From positions 96,001-160,000 of the forward strand of contig CAWAMW010000007.1 in assembly GCA_963783305.1 (NCBI GenBank): 64,000 nucleotides of DNA, given 5' to 3'. This DNA is from an uncultured Gemmatimonadales bacterium (GTDB lineage: Bacteria > Gemmatimonadota > Gemmatimonadetes > Longimicrobiales > RSA9). Position 1 is the first letter of the stretch. Each line of letters starts with the position of its first letter. Shown here piece after piece: positions 56,076-64,000 of this stretch. Position numbers and translations under genes: made by a program. Below the pieces are notes generated by a model. That model ran no database searches, had not been told where the DNA came from, and saw only the letters and a list, made by a program, of their open reading frames with translations.

Positions 56076-58553
56076 ATGACGCCCGCGGTGCTCCTGCTGC
56101 TGGTGGCGCTCCAGGCCCAGGACCCCGTCCAGGTCCGCGCCCGCCTCGTGGACGAAGAGATCCAGGCGGGTCAGACCACGGTCCTCCGTGTGGATGTGGA
56201 GACGGAAGGGGGCCGCGCGCAGATCGACCGGTTCCGGTCCCTCCCACCCGGGCTGGCGCTCGAGGGCACGCGGGACTTCGATCAGCGCCAGTTCAGCCTT
56301 CCCGGGGGCGCTCGCCGCTTCATCTCCCGCGAGTTCGTGCTCCGGGCTCGAGCGCCGGGCCGCTATCGGATCCCGTCGCTGAACGTGATCGTGGCGGGAC
56401 AGACGTACAGCACCCGCTCGCTCTTCCTCGATGTCACGGCATCACCCATCGGGGACCGGAACGCGCCCGGCGCGGAGGCGGAGGACGGTGTCGTCCTGCG
56501 GGCGTGGCTCGACACGGATACGGTCTACACCGGCGAGCAGGTGACCTTCCACGCCGAGGCCATGTTCTCGCAGGACGCGCGATTCCGGCTGCGGCGCGCC
56601 CCTGAGTATGAGCCGCCGACCCCATCGGGGTTCTGGGTTCACGAACTGCCGGACCCCGAGCGGGGCACGACCCGGAGAGAGGGAGGTCAGACGTACGAGG
56701 TGCAGCGGTTCCAGCGCGGCTTCTTCCCCATGAGCCCGGGCCGGTATGAGATCCCCCCGGCGCGGCTCCAGTACGAGGTCCGGCGGGGCCTCCTCTATGC
56801 TCCGCAGACGAAGGAGAAGACGACCGATCCCATCCCGCTCGTCGTCCTGCCAGTCCCGGACAATGCCCCCTCGGGCTTTACGGGCGCGGTGGGTTCGTAC
56901 CGCATTCGCGGTCACGTGCAGCCGGAGCGGGTGCCGGCGGGGGAGGCCGTGGTCCTCAGCGTCGACGTGGAGGGCCTCGGGAATGTGAAGACGCTCCCAC
57001 CACCCGCTCTGCCCGACATGCCAGGGATCGACGTGTATCCCCCCAGCGAAGACGCGGAGCTGGAGCTGACGCACGGGCAGATCGGCGGCGTGAAACGCTT
57101 CAGCTGGGTCCTGATCCCGAGGGAGCCCGGCCAGATCGAGCTGCCGGAGCTCCGATACCCGTATTTCGATCCCGAGCTGGAACGGTTCGAGACCGCCACC
57201 CTGGCGTCCCTGTCGCTGGAGGTGACGCCGGGCACCGGAGAGGGGGGGGTCCGCAGGCCCACGCTCCGGTACATTGCGCCGGAGCCGGATGCGGGCGATC
57301 CGTTGAGCTGGGTCCGGTCCCCCGGTTTCGCGGCTGCGCAGGCCCTGCCGCTGCTGCTGCTGCTGACCATGGCCCTGGGGCTTCCGGGAACCGGGAGGGG
57401 AGAAAAGACCCCATCGCTGCGCGCACTCCGCCGTCGCCGGACGGCGCGGCTGCAAGAGATGGCCGCCAGGGCGGGGGAGGGTGGACCCGCGCTCTTCGCG
57501 GACGCGGAGGAGTTCGCCCGTGGCTGGCTGGCCGATCGGCTCGGAATCCCGCTCCGCCAGGCGGCCCATCCCGACGCGCTCGTCTCTGCCGGCGTATCCC
57601 CCGAAACCGCCAGCTCCGTCCGAACGATCCTGTACCGGATTTCCAGCGCCCGGTACGCTCCGGTGACACCGGGTCCGGAGGCCCGCCGCGATATCCTGAG
57701 GGCCCTCGACCATACGCTCCAGCGGGTGGACCGGGAGGCGGGATCGCGCCGGCGGGAGCGCAGGCCGGAGCGGGGCGCCGCCACCGTTTTGTTGGTGGCA
57801 GCTCTGGCCTTGTCCCTGGCGGCCGGCGCGTCGGCGCAGTCACCGGCGACACCCCACGCGCCCCACGCGCCCCAGGAGCCCCAGGAGCCCGGGGTGGCGG
57901 CAGGGTCCGGCGAGTCCGGCGCCCGCGGGTTCCAGGCCGGGGTTTCCGCGTTCGACGAGGAGCGGTATCTCGCCGCCGCAGAGGCCTTCCGCGAGCACGT
58001 GCGGCAGCGGCCGGGTGACCCCGCGGGCTGGTACAACCTCGGCACCGCCTACTATCACGCCGGCCACCCCGGCTTCGCGGTCTGGGCGTGGCTCAACGTC
58101 CCCAGACTCGATCCCCGGAACGACGACGTCCGCCACAACCTCAGAATCGCCGGTGTGCCACCCGAGCTCGTCCGGCGAGTGTCCCCACCGTTCCCGCTCC
58201 GGGGATCCGAGCTGTTCCTCCTCGCCGCCATCGCGTGGTGGACCGCCGGCATCGCCGGCGCGCTCTGGCTCAGACGTCGGCGCAAGCGGGCGGCCATCAC
58301 CGTCGGCGTCGCTTTGGTCATGGCCCTCGCCCTCGCCGGTACCGCCTGGGCCTCGACGCACGTCCCGGAAACCCTCATCGTGTTGCGGGATTCCACCCTG
58401 CGCACCGGGCCCACGCTGGGCGCGGCCCCCGTGATCGAGGTCGCGGCCGGAGCCGGGCTCGTGCCGATCGAGGTCCGCGGCGACTGGGTACGGGCGCGCA
58501 CCCTCCAGGGCGACGAGGGTTGGCTCGAGACGAACGAGACCGGAGACATCTGA
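56076..58553 (+). CDS. batD: BatD-BatE fusion-like protein (BatD Ig-like repeats + TPR + SH3-like)
   Basis: VYTGEQV, FTGAVG, EGLGN BatD motifs; C-terminal WYNLGTAY TPR, DPRNDDVRHNL, DWVR...EGW. Confidence 0.8.
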   Translation: MTPAVLLLLVALQAQDPVQVRARLVDEEIQAGQTTVLRVDVETEGGRAQIDRFRSLPPGLALEGTRDFDQRQFSLPGGARRFISREFVLRARAPGRYRIPSLNVIVAGQTYSTRSLFLDVTASPIGDRNAPGAEAEDGVVLRAWLDTDTVYTGEQVTFHAEAMFSQDARFRLRRAPEYEPPTPSGFWVHELPDPERGTTRREGGQTYEVQRFQRGFFPMSPGRYEIPPARLQYEVRRGLLYAPQTKEKTTDPIPLVVLPVPDNAPSGFTGAVGSYRIRGHVQPERVPAGEAVVLSVDVEGLGNVKTLPPPALPDMPGIDVYPPSEDAELELTHGQIGGVKRFSWVLIPREPGQIELPELRYPYFDPELERFETATLASLSLEVTPGTGEGGVRRPTLRYIAPEPDAGDPLSWVRSPGFAAAQALPLLLLLTMALGLPGTGRGEKTPSLRALRRRRTARLQEMAARAGEGGPALFADAEEFARGWLADRLGIPLRQAAHPDALVSAGVSPETASSVRTILYRISSARYAPVTPGPEARRDILRALDHTLQRVDREAGSRRRERRPERGAATVLLVAALALSLAAGASAQSPATPHAPHAPQEPQEPGVAAGSGESGARGFQAGVSAFDEERYLAAAEAFREHVRQRPGDPAGWYNLGTAYYHAGHPGFAVWAWLNVPRLDPRNDDVRHNLRIAGVPPELVRRVSPPFPLRGSELFLLAAIAWWTAGIAGALWLRRRRKRAAITVGVALVMALALAGTAWASTHVPETLIVLRDSTLRTGPTLGAAPVIEVAAGAGLVPIEVRGDWVRARTLQGDEGWLETNETGDI

Positions 58554-58557
58554 AGCC

Positions 58558-59205
58558 ATGCCGAACCATCCGGAGCACCCGAACCTGCGACTGGTCGAGC
58601 ACCCGCTGGTCCAGCACAAAATGTCGCTGCTGCGCGACGAGTCCACGTCCAAGAAGGGGTTCCGCGAGCTGGTGGACGAGCTCAGCATGCTCCTCGCCTA
58701 CGAGGCCACCAGCGAGCTGCCCCTCGCCTCCGTGACGGTGCGGACCCCGCTCGAGACCATGGACGCGCGCCGCGTAGCAGGGAAGAAGGTGACGCTGCTC
58801 CCGGTGCTGCGGGCGGGGCTCGGGATGGTGGACGGCGTGCTCCGACTCGTCCCGTCGGCGCGCGTGGGTCACATCGGACTCTACCGGGACCACGACACCC
58901 TCGAGCCGGTCCACTACTACTTCAAGATCCCCGGCGAGGCTGAGGCCCGGCAGTTCATCATCCTCGATCCCATGCTCGCCACGGGGGGATCGGCGTCCGC
59001 CGCCGTGGACGCGCTCAAGGAGAGCGGCGTGGCCTCCATCCGGCTGGTCTGCCTCGTGGCGGCGCCCGAGGGCGTCCGCCGCATGGAGAAGGACCACCCC
59101 GACGTTCTCGTCATCACTGCGGCGCTCGACCGCGAGCTCGACGAGAACGGCTATATCCTGCCGGGACTCGGTGACGCCGGCGACCGGCTCTTCGGCACCC
59201 TCTGA
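58558..59205 (+). CDS. upp: Uracil phosphoribosyltransferase
   Basis: HPLVQHK, PVLRAGLGM, LDPMLATGGS, YILPGLGDAGDRLFGT. Confidence 0.97.
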   Translation: MPNHPEHPNLRLVEHPLVQHKMSLLRDESTSKKGFRELVDELSMLLAYEATSELPLASVTVRTPLETMDARRVAGKKVTLLPVLRAGLGMVDGVLRLVPSARVGHIGLYRDHDTLEPVHYYFKIPGEAEARQFIILDPMLATGGSASAAVDALKESGVASIRLVCLVAAPEGVRRMEKDHPDVLVITAALDRELDENGYILPGLGDAGDRLFGTL

Positions 59206-59365
59206 TCCCTCTCCGCCGATCTCCTGGCCGGTGACCTCCAGCTGTTCGTGCTCCAGGCACCCGCGGCCGGACGCCGTCCGATCGCGGGATCTCGAGCCCC
59301 TCGCTCCCGATCGCAGCGGGACCGATCCCAAGACACTCCACCCCCGCCGGGCGGCCGCCGGGTCA

Positions 59366-59394
59366 TTGATCGGGCGGTCGTTCCCGCCTACCTT
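59366..59394 (+). promoter_or_regulatory. Probable tRNA promoter
   Basis: TTGATC-17 bp-TACCTT, 14 nt before the tRNA. Confidence 0.55.
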
Positions 59395-59408
59395 CGGATG
59401 GCTGTTCC

Positions 59409-59482
59409 GGGCCCGTAGCTCAGTTGGTTAGAGCACCCGACTCATAATCGGAGGGTCGCAGGTTCGAGTCCTGCCGGGCCCA
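59409..59482 (+). tRNA. tRNA with CAT anticodon, most likely tRNA-Ile2 (lysidine); CCA not encoded
   Basis: Acceptor GGGCCCG/CGGGCCC; CCGA-CTCATAA-TCGG anticodon arm; resembles ileX-type tRNAs; lacks initiator features (no 1:72 mismatch, no GGG/CCC anticodon stem). Confidence 0.92.
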
Positions 59483-59567
59483 CTACCGCACCACCGGACC
59501 GTCGTCCTGGCCCTGGCCGGCCGGCGGTCCCATCCCTGCCCCGTCCCTCCCCAGGACGTGGCAGCCC

Positions 59568-59596
59568 TTGACATCTACTAAATAACCAAGTAGTAG
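59568..59596 (+). promoter_or_regulatory. Promoter/operator of second RND operon
   Basis: TTGACA-17 bp-TAGTAG (weak -10) with CTACT-N9-AGTAG inverted repeat at 59575-59593. Confidence 0.5.
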
Positions 59597-59628
59597 TACG
59601 GGCTGCAGGATCGTTGGCCCCCAAACCC

Positions 59629-61083
59629 ATGGATCGGATGCGACGACGACGATATGGAGACCCTGGACCATCGCGGACAGCCTTAACCCTCGCTCGCGCC
59701 GCGATGCTGGCGCTGGTGAGCGCGGCTGGACTGAACTCCGGGGCGGCGGCACAGGCCGCGCTGACGCTGGATGAGGCGCTGGCCACGGCGCGCGGCGGCG
59801 CATACTCCGTCCGGATGGCGGAGGGAGAGGCGCGTGAGCGCTCAGCCGATCGGCTGGGCGCCTTGCAGGGCATTCTACCCACGGTGCGGCTGGAGAGCGG
59901 GTTCATGCGTACGACCGACCCCGTGGCGGCGTTCGGCGTAACTCTCCGGCAGCGGACGATCTCGCAGGCGGACTTCGCTCCGGAGCGGTTGAACTATCCA
60001 CCCGTGGCGGAGAACTGGACGGGATCGGTGGTGCTCGAGGTGCCGCTCGTGAACCCGGACGCCTGGCTGGGCTTGGGCGCGGCGGGCCGGGCGACCGAGG
60101 CTGCCGAGGCGGCGGCCGAGTGGCGGATCTACGAGACGAGCGGCGACGTGGTGCGGGCGTATTTCGGCGGGATCCTGGCGGCTGAGAAGGTGGAGACGCT
60201 GGAGGCTGCGGTGGAAGCGGCGCGGGCGCATGTGCGCCAGGCGGAGCTGATGGTGGAGCAGGGATTGGTGACGAAGTCGGACGCGCTGCTGGCGCGTGTG
60301 AAGGCGGGCGAGGTGGAAGCGCAGCTGGCGAGTGCCCGGGGGGAAGCGCGGAGCGCGGTCCGGCAGCTGGCGACGCTGCTGGGGACGCCCGACCGGCTCC
60401 CGGTCCTGCCGGAAAGGCTGCCACCCGCGGACGCGGTTCGCGAGGTGGTGGAGTGGGCGCCCGTGGAGCTTACCGCGGACAGCGTGAGCGAGCGTCTGGT
60501 GAGCCGGGAAGATGTTCGGGCGGCGCGTCTGGGGCGATCAGCGGCGCGTCGTGACGTGCTGCGCGCGCGGTCGACCTGGCTGCCGCGGATCAACGCCTTC
60601 GGACGTTATGACTGGCACTCGCCGGACGCGCTGTTCGAGGGCGATGAGAACTGGACCGTAGGGGTGATGGCACAGTGGACCCCGATCGCGGGGGCGGCAC
60701 ACCTGGCGGAGTCCAGGGCGGCCGCCGGCCGGCGGGCGGTTGCGGAAGCCCGGGCGGATGCGGCGCTGGCCAACGCGCGGCTCGAGGCGGCAACGGCGGC
60801 CGACCGCCTGGATGTGGCGTTGGAACGGCTCCGGATCGCCGAGCGAGCGGTGGAGCACGCGGGGGAGGCGCACCGGATCGTCGGTCACAAGTACGAGGGT
60901 GGCCTGGCCACGGTGGTGGAGCTGCTGGATGCGTCCGCCACGGAGACGCGAACCCGTCTGGAGCGCGCGCACGCGGTATTCACGGTGATCGATGAGGCCG
61001 CGGCGCGGGCTCTGGCGCTGGGCGAGGATCCGGCGCTGTTCGCCGTTCTGGATGACTACGCACACAGGAACCGGAGCGAGTGA
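59629..61083 (+). CDS. TolC-family outer membrane efflux protein (start uncertain)
   Basis: LTLDEALATA, WLPRINAFG, YEGGLATVVELLDA; operon context. Confidence 0.9.
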   Translation: MDRMRRRRYGDPGPSRTALTLARAAMLALVSAAGLNSGAAAQAALTLDEALATARGGAYSVRMAEGEARERSADRLGALQGILPTVRLESGFMRTTDPVAAFGVTLRQRTISQADFAPERLNYPPVAENWTGSVVLEVPLVNPDAWLGLGAAGRATEAAEAAAEWRIYETSGDVVRAYFGGILAAEKVETLEAAVEAARAHVRQAELMVEQGLVTKSDALLARVKAGEVEAQLASARGEARSAVRQLATLLGTPDRLPVLPERLPPADAVREVVEWAPVELTADSVSERLVSREDVRAARLGRSAARRDVLRARSTWLPRINAFGRYDWHSPDALFEGDENWTVGVMAQWTPIAGAAHLAESRAAAGRRAVAEARADAALANARLEAATAADRLDVALERLRIAERAVEHAGEAHRIVGHKYEGGLATVVELLDASATETRTRLERAHAVFTVIDEAAARALALGEDPALFAVLDDYAHRNRSE

Positions 61084-62144
61084 TGATGTGGAACAGAGGC
61101 ATACTGCCGGTCCTGATCGTGGCCGGTGTCATGGGAGCGTGCGGAGGCGAGCCGGAGCACGCGCCGGATACAGCCACCGAGTCTGTCGCGGCAGCGGGAG
61201 TCGATTGGACGGTCCGTGACACGTTGATCGCCTCGGCCTTCGAGGCGTCCGGCGTGGCGCGACCCGTTGCGCACGCAACCCTCTCGACCAAGCTCATGGG
61301 GCAGGTGGTGGAGGTTTCGGTCCACGAGGGCGACCGCGTGGCCCGCGGAGCGCCGTTGATCCGGATCGATGCGTCGGACCTCGCGGCCCGACGCGCGCAG
61401 GTGGAAGCGTCGATCCGGGAGGCCGCGGCCGTGGTCGCCGAGGCGGAGACCCAGGCGGGCCGCATGCGCGCCCTCTATGACCAGGACGCGGCGCCGAAAG
61501 TTCAGCTGGACGCGGCGGAGACCGGCCTCGAGCGCGCCCGCGCCCGAATGGCCACGGCACGGGCGGCGGCCGCGGAGGTGGACGCCACCGCCCGCTATGC
61601 CGTTATACGGGCGCCGTTCCCGGGACTTGTTGCGTCCCGGATGGTGGATCCGGGCGACTTCGCGGCGCCGGGAGCCCCCATGGTGACCGTGCTGGACGCG
61701 CGCCGGCTGCGCGTCACGGTCACGGCTGCGCCTGATGCGGTCGCCGGCATCAGGCGCGGGGACACCGTCCAGGCCCGGATCGAGGGCCGCGCCGCGGTGG
61801 CGGTGGTGGAGGGCGTGGCGCCGAGCGCCGCGGGGAACCTGTACACCGTGAACGCTATCGTGGAGAACGATGGCGAACGATTCCTGCCCGGGTCGGCCGC
61901 GACCCTCGAGCTCCCGCAGGGGAGCCGTCAGGCGATCCTCATCCCGGAGGGCGCGCTCGTTCGACAGGGCGATCTGACCGGCGTCCGCGTGCGCACCGCC
62001 GAGGGCTCCACGCTCCGCTGGGTGCGCCTGGGCGGGGCCGCCCGCGACGGCATGGTCGAGGTCGCGGCGGGACTCCAGGCCGGTGACGTGATCCTGGTAC
62101 CCGATAGCGCCGACGTGGTCGCGCGCAACGGCGAGGGGGCTTGA
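61080..62144 (+). CDS. RND efflux periplasmic adaptor (lipoprotein)
   Basis: MGAC lipobox; V.EGDRV..G.PL, IRAPFPG, GLQAGD. Confidence 0.92.
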   Translation: MMMWNRGILPVLIVAGVMGACGGEPEHAPDTATESVAAAGVDWTVRDTLIASAFEASGVARPVAHATLSTKLMGQVVEVSVHEGDRVARGAPLIRIDASDLAARRAQVEASIREAAAVVAEAETQAGRMRALYDQDAAPKVQLDAAETGLERARARMATARAAAAEVDATARYAVIRAPFPGLVASRMVDPGDFAAPGAPMVTVLDARRLRVTVTAAPDAVAGIRRGDTVQARIEGRAAVAVVEGVAPSAAGNLYTVNAIVENDGERFLPGSAATLELPQGSRQAILIPEGALVRQGDLTGVRVRTAEGSTLRWVRLGGAARDGMVEVAAGLQAGDVILVPDSADVVARNGEGA

Positions 62145-64000
62145 TGGGCATATCCGGCCGCATCGCCCGGGCCTTCCTCCAGTCGAAGCTGACGCCACTG
62201 GTGACCGTGGCGGCGCTGGTGCTGGGGGCCATCGGCATGATCGCCACACCCCGCGAGGAGGAGCCGCAGATCTCGGTGCCCATGATCGACGTGATCGTCG
62301 GGATGCCGGGGGCCGCGCCTGCCGAGACCGAGAATCTGCTGGTACGTCCGCTCGAGAAGCGGATGTACGAGATCCCGGGCGTCGACCATGTGTACAGTGT
62401 CGCCGGCGACGGCTATGGCATGGTCACCGTCCGGTTCGACGTGGGCGAGGACCAGGAGGAGAGCATCACGAAGGTCCATGGCAAGCTGTTCAGCGTCATG
62501 GACGATGCGCCCCGTGGGGCCACGCAGCCGCTGGTGAAGCCGCACTCGATCGACGACGTCCCGATCGTCACCCTCACGCTCCACTCGGCCGCGTATGACT
62601 CCGATGCGCTGCGCCAGATCGCGTTGCACCTGGAGGACGAGGTACGCGCCCTGGAGGACGTCGCCCAGACGTTCATCGTGGGCGGCGAGCCGAAGCAGAT
62701 CACCGTGACCCTGGACCCCGCGCGGCTGGCCGCCCGCGGCGTCACCCCCGGAGAGGTCTCCATGGCGCTGGATGGCGCCAACGCACGGCTCCAGGCCGGC
62801 GACTTCGCCGCCGCGAACCAGGTGTACCGCGTCGACATCGGAGCGCCGCTCGCTACGCCGGGCGAGGTGGGGGCGGTGGTCGTCACGAGCCGGGGAGGCG
62901 GTCCCGTGTACGTGCGGGATGTGGCCGATATCCGTTCCGGCTACGGCGAGCGCGAAAGCTACGTCTTCCACGCCGAGAGTGGGGGCGACCCGGAGAACGC
63001 GGTCACGCTGGCAGTGGCCAAGCGCGCGGGCGCCAACGCTACGGTGCTCTCGGACGAGATCCTGGAGCGAGTCGCGCAGGCGCGTGATCGGATCATCCCG
63101 GCGGCAGTGGACGTGGAGGTGACGCGCAACTACGGCGAGACCGCCGGTGAGAAGGCGGGGGAACTCATCTTCCACCTGCTCGTGGCCACCCTCTCCGTCA
63201 CGCTCCTCATCGGGATCTTCCTGGGGTGGCGGGAGGCGCTCGTGGTGCTGGTGGCGGTCCCGGTAACCCTGGCGCTCACACTCTTCGTTTACTACGCGTT
63301 CGGCTACACGCTGAATCGGATCACGCTGTTCGCCCTGATTTTCTCCATCGGGATCCTGGTGGATGACGCCATCGTGGTGGTGGAGAACATCTATCGTCAC
63401 CTCAAGATGGGCGACCGCGCCCCGGATGTGGCGGCGGTAGAGGGAGTGGATGAAGTCGGGAATCCCACCATCCTCGCCACGTTCACGGTGATCGCGGCCA
63501 TCCTGCCGATGGCCGTGGTCTCCGGGATGATGGGGCCGTATATGCGCCCGATCCCGGTGGGCGCGTCCGTGGCCATGCTGGCGTCCCTGGCGGTGGCGTT
63601 CGTCGTCACGCCGTGGCTCGCCTTCAAGCTCCTGCGGGGGCATGTGGGTCAGCACACGGAGCGGCCCGATCGTGCGCACGAGCCGGAGGAGGAGGGTCGC
63701 TTCTCCCACCTCTACGGCCGGATCATGAACCCGCTCATCGAGCGGAAGCGGCTCCGCTGGGCCACCTACGCGGGGGTCCTGCTGCTCCTGGCAGCCTCGA
63801 TCTCGCTGGTGTTCGTTCGGGCCGTCCAGGTGAAGATGCTCCCCTTCGACAACAAGTCCGAGTTCCAGGTGATCCTGGACCTGCCCGAGGGGAGCACGCT
63901 GGAGACGAGTCAGGCGGTCGCGCACGACATCGCCGGCTACCTGCGCTCGGTGCCGGAGGTCGAGACGACGCAGGTGTACGCCGGTACCGCGTCGCCGTTC
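62144..64000 (+). CDS. RND efflux permease (partial; runs off window end)
   Basis: Not in ORF track; manual reading from ATG 62144: MGISGRIARAFLQSKLTPL...TPREEEPQISVPMID...LNRITLFALIFSIGILVDDAIVVVENI...KMLPFDNKSEF. Confidence 0.93.
   Translation, partial: MGISGRIARAFLQSKLTPLVTVAALVLGAIGMIATPREEEPQISVPMIDVIVGMPGAAPAETENLLVRPLEKRMYEIPGVDHVYSVAGDGYGMVTVRFDVGEDQEESITKVHGKLFSVMDDAPRGATQPLVKPHSIDDVPIVTLTLHSAAYDSDALRQIALHLEDEVRALEDVAQTFIVGGEPKQITVTLDPARLAARGVTPGEVSMALDGANARLQAGDFAAANQVYRVDIGAPLATPGEVGAVVVTSRGGGPVYVRDVADIRSGYGERESYVFHAESGGDPENAVTLAVAKRAGANATVLSDEILERVAQARDRIIPAAVDVEVTRNYGETAGEKAGELIFHLLVATLSVTLLIGIFLGWREALVVLVAVPVTLALTLFVYYAFGYTLNRITLFALIFSIGILVDDAIVVVENIYRHLKMGDRAPDVAAVEGVDEVGNPTILATFTVIAAILPMAVVSGMMGPYMRPIPVGASVAMLASLAVAFVVTPWLAFKLLRGHVGQHTERPDRAHEPEEEGRFSHLYGRIMNPLIERKRLRWATYAGVLLLLAASISLVFVRAVQVKMLPFDNKSEFQVILDLPEGSTLETSQAVAHDIAGYLRSVPEVETTQVYAGTASPF

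Noticed and set aside
59409..64000. Genomic island integrated at tRNA-Ile2
   Set aside because: No integrase, no visible att duplication and no compositional shift; cannot be excluded beyond the window edge.

Overview
GC-rich bacterial chromosomal window; the gene repertoire (SusC/SusD pair, bat operon, paired RND pumps, DUF1707 protein) suggests Gemmatimonadota, which is inference. About 55 CDS and 2 tRNAs (Gln-CTG, Ile2-CAT). From left to right: a redox/sulfur-type neighbourhood (partial Tat-exported HybA-like 4Fe-4S protein, Cys-tailed MarR, MFS, hydrolase-OsmC fusion, GAF-PAS histidine kinase, two TauE exporters); ung; MscS and an NPP phosphodiesterase; NfeD-like/flotillin; an MFP-TolC-AcrB-AcrB RND operon; a Zn metalloprotease; a pyrimidine-dimer glycosylase; gltX-tRNA-Gln-lexA-like-tadA; a four-helix-bundle gene in heptamer repeats; SusCD; NhaC; pyrRBC-yhaM; rpsT; site-2 protease-scpAB-rluB; moxR-DUF58-bat genes-upp; tRNA-Ile2; and a second RND operon cut by the window end. 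Most notable: (1) a ~630-bp cassette in which a four-helix-bundle gene, frameshifted at a G7 run, lies between two oppositely oriented arrays of related heptamers; (2) a LexA homologue lacking the Ala-Gly site and both catalytic residues, whose Shine-Dalgarno lies inside the upstream tRNA-Gln; (3) two related intergenic repeat mosaics built from GNA-triloop mini-hairpins; (4) a Cys4-tailed MarR with a shared candidate operator upstream of itself and of the Fe-S operon. No CRISPR array, integrase, transposase or rRNA was seen. All family calls come from motif recognition by eye; no searches were run.
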